The position numbers and the translations under genes are program-made. From Verrucomicrobiaceae bacterium (GTDB lineage: Bacteria > Verrucomicrobiota > Verrucomicrobiia > Verrucomicrobiales > Akkermansiaceae), in NCBI GenBank assembly GCA_051252135.1, contig JBPOGH010000001.1, positions 160,001 to 224,000 of the forward strand: a stretch of DNA of 64,000 nt. Direction: 5' to 3'. The notes under the pieces are model-generated. The model did no database searches. It saw only the letters and a program-made list of their open reading frames with translations, and was not told where the DNA came from. Positions within the stretch are counted from its first letter, which is position 1. Each line of letters starts with the position of its first letter. Below, piece by piece: positions 38,987 through 47,972 of the stretch.

Positions 38987-40449
38987 CGTCTATCACGTTT
39001 AATGATCTCGATGAGTGGAATCCGGAAGCCTTTCTGGATGACTTGAAAGCGGGGGGGTATTCAATTGAGCTGCTTGGATTAAGCAGCGGGGCGTCGCTGG
39101 AGATTGCGAAGATTCGTCCAAAGAGTCAGGAGCAAGAGGTTCTGAGCCGTTTGTTTTTGGCGGGGGAAGGTGTTTCGGAATCAGAGGTGCGACAAAGTCT
39201 CCCAAGGAGTTATCAATCGATTCGGGAGCTGGGGTTGTTGGTGTCAACCGGAGGAACGGTTGCCTCGAAGCTCAGGATTCGTCCGGTTGATGAGTGTTAT
39301 GTGGGAGAAGATTTCCCGAGGGTTCTGGGTGAACGGGACGACGAAATTTCGACAGAGTTTGTGATGGGGGTGGCTCCCACCACACGGATGTTGCGGCGGC
39401 TGATTCCCAACTTTCCCAGACAGCGGGTGTTGGACTTGTGCTGCGGCGGGGGATGGCTTGCGTTGATGGAGAGGGGGAGTGGTGCGGAGGTCGTAGCGAC
39501 CGATTTGAGTGAACGATGTCTTGAGGTGGCGCGCTTCAATGAACGGCTTGCGGGGGTGGAGGTCGATTGGAGGAGGGGGCCTTGGTTTGACCCTGTGAAC
39601 GGGGAGACCTTTGATCTCATCGTATCGAACCCTCCCTTTGTGCAATCTCCGGGTGGCGGTTCGATGGCGCTGGATACCCCATCGGAGGAGGAGCCACTGG
39701 GAGTGATTTTGGGTCAGATTGGCGATCATCTTAATCCGGGAGGAGTGGGGTGTGTGCTGTTAAACTGGCAGTTTGGAGATGAAGAACATTGGGACGAGAT
39801 ACCCCGGTCACTGATTCCAGGCCAAGGGCTTGAGGTGTTGCTCTTTGAAGTGAAGAGACATGACCCGGCCTCGTATGCCGAACATTGGATTCGACAGGAC
39901 ATCCGCTTCAATTCGTCTGAAAAACGAGCGGCAGAGATTGAACGGTGGGTGGAGTATCTTCGTGCCCGTGGCAGTGTGGGAGTTTCCTCCGGATTTGTCC
40001 TAGTGAGAAAATGTGAAATCGGCCGGGAATGGTTTCTGTCCGAATCACGGGAGCTGGAACAGCTGGGGCCTGATACTGCGGAGGAAATGCGGCGAGTGTT
40101 TGAGAATCAGGCTTGGTTGAAGGAGGGAGATAATGAGGGGGGGATTTTGGACGCGCGATTTGAGGCAATTTGTGGGGTTAGGAAGGAAGTGGTCTCGGTC
40201 CTTAAACCGGAAGGCTGGGAGGTTGAGGTTCTGCGATTAATTAGTCCGGGCCGGATCATGTACGATGGCCATATTGACGAGCCACTTCTCTTTTTGTTGG
40301 AGGAATTAGGGCAAGGCCGAACGGCGCGCAGTGTGCTGAAGTCGCTCGCGAAAATGATCGGAGTCTCGCGTCCCGGGGATTTGGAAGTCGGAGTGAAGAA
40401 TCTGGTGGGAGAATTGGTGGGTCGAGGTCTTTTAAAACCCTCCAGGTAG
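38983..40449 (+). CDS. Class I SAM-dependent methyltransferase (NPPF/HemK-like) with extra N- and C-terminal domains
   Basis: VLDLCCGGG, ATDLS, FDLIVSNPPFV; ATGA overlap with upstream stop. Confidence 0.88.
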   Translation: MTSITFNDLDEWNPEAFLDDLKAGGYSIELLGLSSGASLEIAKIRPKSQEQEVLSRLFLAGEGVSESEVRQSLPRSYQSIRELGLLVSTGGTVASKLRIRPVDECYVGEDFPRVLGERDDEISTEFVMGVAPTTRMLRRLIPNFPRQRVLDLCCGGGWLALMERGSGAEVVATDLSERCLEVARFNERLAGVEVDWRRGPWFDPVNGETFDLIVSNPPFVQSPGGGSMALDTPSEEEPLGVILGQIGDHLNPGGVGCVLLNWQFGDEEHWDEIPRSLIPGQGLEVLLFEVKRHDPASYAEHWIRQDIRFNSSEKRAAEIERWVEYLRARGSVGVSSGFVLVRKCEIGREWFLSESRELEQLGPDTAEEMRRVFENQAWLKEGDNEGGILDARFEAICGVRKEVVSVLKPEGWEVEVLRLISPGRIMYDGHIDEPLLFLLEELGQGRTARSVLKSLAKMIGVSRPGDLEVGVKNLVGELVGRGLLKPSR

Positions 40450-40527
40450 GAGTTCCGTAAAAAAGGAGGGTGACATGGGGAGATCGGGATTGTCATTTGA
40501 GCGGGAGTGACCTAAGGAGGCTCCTTG

Positions 40528-40710
40528 ATGAAACACTTTGCCTTCGTTTTTGCCCTCGTTGTTCTTGGATTGAGTTCTTGTGAGCGTCACGACTGGGAGT
40601 CCAAGCCCGGTAAGCCCGGCACGGAGGAGCTTTTCAAGCATGCCCCCAAAGATGACGGGGATCACGCCGAGGGAGAGAAGCACGACGGTGAGAAAAAGGA
40701 GGCTCACTGA
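40528..40710 (+). CDS. Small His/acidic-rich lipoprotein
   Basis: AGGAGG upstream; signal MKHFAFVFALVVLGLSS-C; mature CERHDWESK...HAEGEKHDGEKKEAH. Confidence 0.75.
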   Translation: MKHFAFVFALVVLGLSSCERHDWESKPGKPGTEELFKHAPKDDGDHAEGEKHDGEKKEAH

Positions 40711-40908
40711 GCCCTTCTCCCGGCTAATCGCTGATCTAGAGTGGAGGGGGTCAGGTGGGGAATCCCGGTGTCCAACGGGTCCGGATTTTGGGGAGAGATC
40801 GACTTTTCGACTGAGGACGTCAGGAAAGAGGAGGCGCTGTGTGGTGAGAATTCTTCCGGTATTTTGTAGTGGAAGGAAGAAAGGGAATGGCTGAAGATGT
40901 TCCTCGTT

Positions 40909-41526
40909 ATGGAACTTATTTTTGCCTCGGTCCTGGGAGGACTCGGAATTGGTGTGCTGGCCCTGATCGGGCTGGCGGTCATTGTCGCTTTCTTTTTCGT
41001 GGGTCAGTACAACGGTCTGGTGAAGCTACGGAACCGTTACCGGAATGCGTTTGCCCAGATTGATGTGCAGCTCAAGCGTCGGCATGACCTGATTCCCAAT
41101 CTGGTCGAGACGGCCAAAGCATACCTTTCCCACGAGAGGGAAACGTTGGAGGCGGTGATTCAGGCAAGGAATGCCGCTGAATCCGCGCGCAACAATGTGA
41201 GTCCGGACAATGCGGGGTCGATGGAAAAGCTGGCCCAGGCAGAAGGGGGCCTGGGGTCGGTTTTGGGCCGTCTTTTTGCTCTCTCCGAGGCCTATCCGGA
41301 TCTCAAGGGAAACGAAAATATGAAGCAGTTGAGCGAGGAATTGACCAGCACCGAGAACAAGGTGGCTTACGCCCGCCAAGGCTACAACGACTCGGTGATG
41401 ACCTATAACAACAAGCGGGAAGCCTTCCCAAGCAATGTGGTTGCCGGAATGTTCAACTTTGGCGCAGCAGTGCTCTTTGAGGTATCTGACGAATCCGAGC
41501 GAGAAGCAGTTCAGGTGAAGTTTTAA
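40909..41526 (+). CDS. lemA: LemA family protein
   Basis: YNGLVKLRN, IDVQLKRRHDLIPNLVET, EAYPDLK, TENKVAYARQ.YN. Confidence 0.95.
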   Translation: MELIFASVLGGLGIGVLALIGLAVIVAFFFVGQYNGLVKLRNRYRNAFAQIDVQLKRRHDLIPNLVETAKAYLSHERETLEAVIQARNAAESARNNVSPDNAGSMEKLAQAEGGLGSVLGRLFALSEAYPDLKGNENMKQLSEELTSTENKVAYARQGYNDSVMTYNNKREAFPSNVVAGMFNFGAAVLFEVSDESEREAVQVKF

Positions 41527-41529
41527 GCG

Positions 41530-43422
41530 ATGGACTTCTTTGAAGCCCAGGATCAGGCACGCCGCCGAACCAAGTGGTTACTTGTCTGGTTTGGTCTATC
41601 GGTTATCGGAGTCATCCTGGCGGTAGACGCGCTAATTTTCCTTCTCCTTGGTCGGGAGGCCGGGGGGGACATCGTCGGCATCCTCCTGGTGTCATCAGCA
41701 CTGACGGGAGGTGTGATTTTGGCTTCGAGCGGTTTCAAGTCGATGCAGTTGAGTGCAGGTGGTTCGGTGGTGGCGAAAGACCTCGGCGGACGATTGTTGA
41801 TGCCCGGGACAACGGATTTTAAGGAGAAGCAGTTGCTCAACGTGGTTGAGGAAATGGCCATTGCATCAGGGATGCCGGTTCCTCAGGTATACCTGATGGA
41901 CGATGAAGAGGGGATCAATGCCTTTGCGGCGGGAACCGAGCCGTCGAATGCGGTGATCGGGGTAACCCGCGGGACACTCCAGAGGCTTTCGCGCGAGGAG
42001 TTGGAGGGGGTGGTGGCGCACGAGTTCAGCCATATTCTCAATGGAGATATGCGCTTGAATATGCGATTGATTGGGTTGGTGTTTGGGCTGGTGGTTCTTT
42101 CGATCATTGGTCGGGGGATGGTGGAGATGCTTCGCTTTCAGAGCTTCTCGAGTCGTCGAAACAAGGATGGAAACGGGATCATGTTGGCTCTTTTCCTGAT
42201 TGGGCTGGGATTGATCGTGATCGGATCCATTGGGGTGTTTTTTGGTCGATTGATTCAGGCCGGCATTTCGAGGCAGCGGGAGTTTTTGGCCGATGCCTCC
42301 GCGGTGCAATTCACACGAAACCCCAGCGGGATTGCGGGAGCCTTGAAAAAGATCGGAGGCTTGGCTGGTGGGAACAAGATCAAGACGGCGAAGGCCAGCG
42401 AGGCGAGTCATCTATTCTTCAGCGATGGGGGACTTTTTAGCTTTGGTCTGGCTACACACCCGCCGCTTGAGGTGCGGATCAAAACGATCGAGGAAAGTTG
42501 GGACGGTAAATTTGAGGAATCAAATCTACCACCGGTGGCCGAAGGGCATGTGGATCATGGCAAGCCGAGGAAGAGGGGGGGGATTTTAGGTCCGGTGATT
42601 GGGATGAGTGCTGTGGAGGAGATGGGCCAAGACCACCGTCGGCAGGCTGGGGCGGGACAATCGATGCGTGAGGAGTTGGCTGACCGGTGGGAGGCAGTGG
42701 TGCATGACCGTGAGGAGGCCCAAGCGCTCATTTTCGGCCTCCTCCTGGCCGAGGATGACGAACTGCGCGCCGGGGAAGAGAGTTTTCTGAGAAAGACCGC
42801 GGGAGACGATGCGGCCCGTCTGGCCTTGGGATGGCAGGATGAGGTGAAACTCCTGCATTCGGCACGAAAGATCGCACTTATTGACATGGCGATCCCGTCA
42901 CTAAGGGGAATGAGTCAGCTGGAGTATGAACGATTTTTGAAGATCACCCAATGGTTGATTGTCAGTGACGGGCGGGTGGATCTTTTCGAATTCATGCTTC
43001 AGCGTGTGGTGGAACGCCATCTCATCAGTCACTTTGAGCGACGGGGATTCGGGAAAATTCGATATACCAAGCTGTCTCAACTTTCGAAGGAAGCCAATCT
43101 TCTGGTGTCGACGATTGCGGAGCTTGGGGCCGGGGATGGGGTTGAGGGGCAAGCGGCCTATAGCCTGGCAACCAAAGACTGGAAGCATGACGCCCGGACG
43201 CTTGAGCCCGCCACTTCTCTTGATGAATTGGGTGTGGTTCTTGATCGGTTCGACCAGGCTTCGCCCGTGGTGAAGAAAGAGTTGTTGATGGCTTGCGGTC
43301 GCGCGGCGGCAGCTGACGGGGATTTGAATGAGAAGGAGGCAGAGATGCTTCGATCCATTGCTGACGCCATTGGTTGTCCGATTCCGCCATTTGTGGGGAA
43401 GCTTGAAGAAACAAAGAATTAA
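41530..43422 (+). CDS. M48 family (HtpX-like) metallopeptidase with C-terminal extension
   Basis: NVVEEMAIASG, INAFAAG, AHEFSH, SRQREFLADASAVQFTRNP, THPPL; follows lemA. Confidence 0.92.
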   Translation: MDFFEAQDQARRRTKWLLVWFGLSVIGVILAVDALIFLLLGREAGGDIVGILLVSSALTGGVILASSGFKSMQLSAGGSVVAKDLGGRLLMPGTTDFKEKQLLNVVEEMAIASGMPVPQVYLMDDEEGINAFAAGTEPSNAVIGVTRGTLQRLSREELEGVVAHEFSHILNGDMRLNMRLIGLVFGLVVLSIIGRGMVEMLRFQSFSSRRNKDGNGIMLALFLIGLGLIVIGSIGVFFGRLIQAGISRQREFLADASAVQFTRNPSGIAGALKKIGGLAGGNKIKTAKASEASHLFFSDGGLFSFGLATHPPLEVRIKTIEESWDGKFEESNLPPVAEGHVDHGKPRKRGGILGPVIGMSAVEEMGQDHRRQAGAGQSMREELADRWEAVVHDREEAQALIFGLLLAEDDELRAGEESFLRKTAGDDAARLALGWQDEVKLLHSARKIALIDMAIPSLRGMSQLEYERFLKITQWLIVSDGRVDLFEFMLQRVVERHLISHFERRGFGKIRYTKLSQLSKEANLLVSTIAELGAGDGVEGQAAYSLATKDWKHDARTLEPATSLDELGVVLDRFDQASPVVKKELLMACGRAAAADGDLNEKEAEMLRSIADAIGCPIPPFVGKLEETKN

Positions 43423-43476
43423 GAGCTGGGACTTGCATTTTCCAGCGTACGCGCGGAATTTCGGAGCGCTTAACGA

Positions 43477-44328
43477 ATGAACCGCGATCGCGCGCCCTGG
43501 TGGCTTTGGCCCAACCTCCTGAGCTTGGATGCTCCGCTGGTCGCTGTTGCGTGGTTTTGGATGTTTGCGAAAGCGTGGGGGGTAGTGAGTCTCCCGGGCG
43601 CACTGGTGCTGACTCTGGCGCTTGCAGTATGGGCGGTTTACTCGATTGACCGCCTTGTGGACTCAAGAAAGTCCAGACCACGTGCGGCTTTGGAGCGACG
43701 GCATTATTTCCACCGGAAATATCGATGGTATTTTCTGACTGCCATTGGGACCGCGTTGGTGTGGTGCATTTTTGCATCGTTGATGGTGCTTTCACAGCTC
43801 GTCCTCATGTATGGGCTATTTGTGCTCTTGTTGGTGGGGCTGTATTTTCTGATGGCGATTTACCAGAACGTCGAGCAACACACCGGGTTGATGAAGAATG
43901 CTTTGGCGGGACTCACCTTTTCCTACGGAGTGGCTGCCGGGGTGCACGCCTACTCGCCGGTAGTGGTGTTTCAGCAGATGGTGTTTTCACCGGAGGTGCT
44001 CATGTTTGCAGGTCTCTGCATTATCAACATGACGGCAATCGACTTCTGGGAGCTCGATGGTGAAGACGGGGAAGATGCCAGCGCGGTAATCAGCACGGCT
44101 TGTCTCCTCCTGGCAGCGGTGTCCATGTTCTTTTCTTCGCGCGGAGACTCGTTCAACAAGCCTTTCTTTTACGCCGTGATGATCGGAGCGGCCGGTATTT
44201 ATATTTTGAACCGGAATCGCCACCAATTGGATCAAAACGCCCGGCGTTTGTGGGTTGATCTGGTGCTTCTGGCTCCGGTTTTAATTTATTGGGTTTGGGT
44301 GAGCTTTTACGAACGAAACCTTGCGTGA
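43477..44328 (+). CDS. Polytopic membrane protein (UbiA-like, uncharacterised)
   Basis: LLSLDAPLVAV, VYSIDRLVD; about 8-9 TM. Confidence 0.65.
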   Translation: MNRDRAPWWLWPNLLSLDAPLVAVAWFWMFAKAWGVVSLPGALVLTLALAVWAVYSIDRLVDSRKSRPRAALERRHYFHRKYRWYFLTAIGTALVWCIFASLMVLSQLVLMYGLFVLLLVGLYFLMAIYQNVEQHTGLMKNALAGLTFSYGVAAGVHAYSPVVVFQQMVFSPEVLMFAGLCIINMTAIDFWELDGEDGEDASAVISTACLLLAAVSMFFSSRGDSFNKPFFYAVMIGAAGIYILNRNRHQLDQNARRLWVDLVLLAPVLIYWVWVSFYERNLA

Positions 44329-44375
44329 TTTGGCATTGTGGGATGAGAGTTCTTGAACGAGACTCCGCCCCACCA

Positions 44376-44999
44376 ATGAGCAAACAGCGAAAACCAGCGG
44401 TATTGATCCTCGGCGCGCCGGGGGCTGGCAAGGGTACACAAGGAGCAATTTTAGGGCAGATCCCCCGTTTTTTTCACTATGCGAGTGGTGATGTTTTCCG
44501 CCAACTAGATACACGGAGCGAGCTGGGACGCCAATTTGTGGAATATTCAAAGCGTGGAGAATTGGTGCCCGATGAGCTTACGGTCAAACTGTGGGCAACC
44601 CACATGAAGAGTTTGGTTTCGACGAGGGTCTACAAGCCGGATATCGACATTTTGGTCCTTGATGGGATTCCCCGTAATCTTGAGCAAACCAAGATGTTGG
44701 AGAAGCATGTTGAAATCCATCAGGTCTTTCACCTTAGCTGCCCCGATCGGGATGAGCTGGCGCGCAGGATGCGGAAGCGTGCGCTGAAAGAGCATCGACT
44801 TGATGATGCGAGCGAGACAGTGATTCAAAACAGGATTCAAAATTACGAGGAGCTCACCAAGCCCATCCTGGATTATTATGATGATGGGAGGCGGTTTGAC
44901 ATTGATGCGACGCAATCTCCGGCAAGGGTGCTTTACGCGATTTTGGGAAGACTCCAGAGTTTGGAAGCCTATCAAGAGATCGCAGCAGTTACCATTTAG
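44376..44999 (+). CDS. adk: Adenylate kinase family (short, LID-less type)
   Basis: LGAPGAGKGTQ, GELVPD, LDGIPRN, RLDDA. Confidence 0.9.
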   Translation: MSKQRKPAVLILGAPGAGKGTQGAILGQIPRFFHYASGDVFRQLDTRSELGRQFVEYSKRGELVPDELTVKLWATHMKSLVSTRVYKPDIDILVLDGIPRNLEQTKMLEKHVEIHQVFHLSCPDRDELARRMRKRALKEHRLDDASETVIQNRIQNYEELTKPILDYYDDGRRFDIDATQSPARVLYAILGRLQSLEAYQEIAAVTI

Positions 45000-45001
45000 T
45001 G

Positions 45002-45928
45002 ATGCGTATAGTTTTCATGGCCACGGGCGAGATCGCCGAATCATCATTGAAGGCAGTGGTGGATTCCTCTCATGAGGTCGTTGGTCTGGTGACTCAGCCG
45101 GATCGACCGGTGGGCAGGAAGCAGGTCCTTACGGCTCCGAAGGTCAAATCGATTGCGCAGGGGGCTGGAATTCCGGTCATTCAACCTGAAAAGGTTCGGG
45201 ATCCCAATGCCTTGCAGCAAATCAGGGACTGGGCTCCCGAGGTGATAGTGGTGATGGCTTACGGTCAGATTTTGCCCCAGAAACTCATTGAGATTCCTGA
45301 GCGTGCGATCATCAATTTGCATGCCTCTTTGCTACCCAAATATCGTGGAGCATCCTGTATTCAGGGGCCGCTAAAGGAGGGCGACCGAATGACCGGATGG
45401 AGTGTGATTCATGTGGTCAAGGCGCTTGATGCGGGCAATGTGATTCTTCAGCGAGCATTTGAGATCGGCGAAATGGAAACGGGAGGGGAGCTTCACGATC
45501 GTCTGGCCAAAGCGGCTCCGACCGTGCTGATGGAGGCTCTCACTCTTTTAAGTCAGGGTGAAGTTCCCGGTGAGGAGCAGGACGAGGATTCTCACACCTA
45601 TGTTCCAAAATTGAACCGAGAGGACGGGAGAATCGACTGGGGTCTTCCTGCGGTGGAATTGGAGCGGCTTGTTCGAGCGTATGATCCTTGGCCCGGAACT
45701 TTCACCACTTTGGATGGGAAGAGACTGAAAATTTTTCCTCCCACCAAGGTTTTATCGGGGGTGGGAGAACCGGGAAGCTACTTGGGAGAAGTTGATGGGG
45801 CGATTGAAATCGCGTGCGGATCGGGCTCGCTCATGCTTCAATTGGTTCAACCAGACGGGAAAAGTCGCATGGCCGCATCTTCTCTTGCGAGAGGGAAGGC
45901 CTCGGCACTCCTGGAAGGCTTTAAGTAG
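45002..45928 (+). CDS. fmt: Methionyl-tRNA formyltransferase
   Basis: VTQPDRPVGR, AYGQILP, INLHASLLPKYRGA, LDAG, PWPG. Confidence 0.96.
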   Translation: MRIVFMATGEIAESSLKAVVDSSHEVVGLVTQPDRPVGRKQVLTAPKVKSIAQGAGIPVIQPEKVRDPNALQQIRDWAPEVIVVMAYGQILPQKLIEIPERAIINLHASLLPKYRGASCIQGPLKEGDRMTGWSVIHVVKALDAGNVILQRAFEIGEMETGGELHDRLAKAAPTVLMEALTLLSQGEVPGEEQDEDSHTYVPKLNREDGRIDWGLPAVELERLVRAYDPWPGTFTTLDGKRLKIFPPTKVLSGVGEPGSYLGEVDGAIEIACGSGSLMLQLVQPDGKSRMAASSLARGKASALLEGFK

Positions 45929-45940
45929 GTCCTCCAACTC

Positions 45941-46468
45941 ATGAAAATCGCCCTCTTCCTATTTGCTTTTCTGTGTCAATCCGAAGCAATCACCCACGAA
46001 CTCCACGAGATTTTTCAAGCCCAGTCCCTTCACGGAACCGACGTGAGCCAAGATCATCAGGGGGAGGCGATTCAGGCAAAAATATCGAGCTTTCCAGCGG
46101 TGGTGGTTGGGGCGATGCCAGAGGCGTTGATCACGGCGATCGCAGCGCCCCATCGATTTCCGGGACCGGAGAGTTATTCGGTGAAGGAGGTGAACCTCTT
46201 GATTCTCAGTGGTATTAAGCTGGAATCGGAAATGAGTGAAAAGGGGCTTACCTGTAACTTTGATTTGAGCGAATTGAAGATGTCTGAGGAGATTGATCTC
46301 CCGGTTCGGACGGTGTTGGAATTGGCTATCAGGGCGATCAAAGAGACATTGAACCGGTATTATCTGGAGGCTAAATCCAAGGAGACGATTCGCATCCAAA
46401 TCAATGGTCTCGGGGAAAAAAATGCCGCTTTGAAAAATCTGTCCGGCACCTTCACGGTTGGTAAATGA
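45941..46468 (+). CDS. Hypothetical secreted protein
   Basis: Short signal peptide (MKIALFLFAFLCQSEA); no family recognised. Confidence 0.65.
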   Translation: MKIALFLFAFLCQSEAITHELHEIFQAQSLHGTDVSQDHQGEAIQAKISSFPAVVVGAMPEALITAIAAPHRFPGPESYSVKEVNLLILSGIKLESEMSEKGLTCNFDLSELKMSEEIDLPVRTVLELAIRAIKETLNRYYLEAKSKETIRIQINGLGEKNAALKNLSGTFTVGK

Positions 46469-46531
46469 TCAGAAGGTCCGTTTTACCATTGCGGTCCCAA
46501 GATGGCCTGATTGAATCAGTTCTAGCAAAAC

Positions 46532-47266
46532 ATGAGCGACCTGGCATCGATTCGAGACTTTAAACGCGTGATTCTCAAACTTTCCGGAGAAGCTCTTCGT
46601 GAAGCGGGAAGCAAAGATAATATTTCCCCCGAGATTGTTGAGCGCATTGCGAGCGAGATTGCTTCAGCAAAAGCCAAATCCGGGGTCGAGTTGGGGATCG
46701 TTGTGGGTGGTGGAAATTTCTGGAGGGGGGCGAGCGCCAGCGCCCGGGGTATGGACCGGGCAACTGCGGATTATGTCGGGATGATGGCGACGGTGATGAA
46801 TGCATTGGCGCTTCAAGCTGCCTTGGAGGCGGAAGGGGTTCGCTGCATCGTGCAGTCGGCGATTGAGATGAAGAATGTGGCGGAGCCATTTATTCGACGC
46901 AAGGCGGTCAGGCAGCTCTCTTCGGGAGCGGTGGTGATTTTTGCAGCGGGAACCGGTAGTCCTTTCTTTTCGACAGATACGACGTCCGCTCTCCGTGCCA
47001 GTGAGATGAATGCCGACGTCATTTTTAAAGCGACGATGGTTGACGGTGTCTATGACTCGGATCCCAAGAAGAATCCCGATGCGGTTCGCTATGAATCACT
47101 TCCATTCTCCGAATGCTTGTCCAAGGGGCTTCAAGTCATGGACTCGACGGCATTCAGCCTTTGCCTGGATAACAACATCCCGATCATCGTCTTCGACCTT
47201 GAGAAGAAAGGAAATATTGAGATCGCGCTCAATGGTGGGGAGATCGGGACAATCGTACATCGCTAA
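46532..47266 (+). CDS. pyrH: Uridylate kinase
   Basis: [44 protein letters not shown]. Confidence 0.98.
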   Translation: MSDLASIRDFKRVILKLSGEALREAGSKDNISPEIVERIASEIASAKAKSGVELGIVVGGGNFWRGASASARGMDRATADYVGMMATVMNALALQAALEAEGVRCIVQSAIEMKNVAEPFIRRKAVRQLSSGAVVIFAAGTGSPFFSTDTTSALRASEMNADVIFKATMVDGVYDSDPKKNPDAVRYESLPFSECLSKGLQVMDSTAFSLCLDNNIPIIVFDLEKKGNIEIALNGGEIGTIVHR

Positions 47267-47289
47267 TCACATTTTCAAAAACTCGAACT

Positions 47290-47856
47290 ATGGAACCCGC
47301 AGAAGCACTCAAAAATGTCGAACAGGCCATGAAGAAGGCCGTTGATCACACCAGTCAGGAATTCACCTCGATTCGGACCGGAAAAGCCTCACCGGCTCTG
47401 GTAGAGAATCTGGATGTCAATGTGCCCAGCTACGGAAGTGTCATGAAGCTCAAAGGGCTTGCCGTAATCACGACACCGGAGCCAAGGATGCTGGTGGTGC
47501 AGCCCTTTGACCCTTCGACGACGGGGGATATCGACAGAGCGATTCGCGAAAGCAAACTGGGGCTCAATCCGGTGAACGAAGGGACCAAGCTTCGCCTCCC
47601 GATTCCCGAGCTTTCCGAGGAGCGGCGCGTGGAGCTGGTCAAGAGTGTCAAGGCAATGGCTGAAGAGGGCCGTGTCAGCATTCGGGGCGCCCGAAAGGAC
47701 GGAATGGATCTGGGAAAGAAGATGAAAGCCGACAACACGGTGACTGAAGACGGGCAACGGGACTACGAATCGGACGTGCAAGGCTTGACCGATCGGTTCA
47801 TCAAAGAGGTGGACGAGCTTCTGGCTTCCAAGGAAAAGGAAGTGATGACGGTGTAG
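47290..47856 (+). CDS. frr: Ribosome recycling factor
   Basis: IRTGKASP, LGLNPVNEG, PELSEERR, KEKEVM. Confidence 0.97.
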   Translation: MEPAEALKNVEQAMKKAVDHTSQEFTSIRTGKASPALVENLDVNVPSYGSVMKLKGLAVITTPEPRMLVVQPFDPSTTGDIDRAIRESKLGLNPVNEGTKLRLPIPELSEERRVELVKSVKAMAEEGRVSIRGARKDGMDLGKKMKADNTVTEDGQRDYESDVQGLTDRFIKEVDELLASKEKEVMTV

Positions 47857-47879
47857 AAATTCAATCGGATCAGATTTTT

Positions 47880-47909
47880 AAAGCGGCAGTCAGCGACTGC
47901 CGCTTTTTT
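47880..47909 (+). terminator. Intrinsic terminator after frr
   Basis: AAAGCGGCAGTC-AGC-GACTGCCGCTTTTTT. Confidence 0.88.
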
Positions 47910-47972
47910 GTGGGGACGGGGTGGATTATCAAGCTTGTCGACCCAAGGGGATCCGCTAGCCTCCCAACAATC

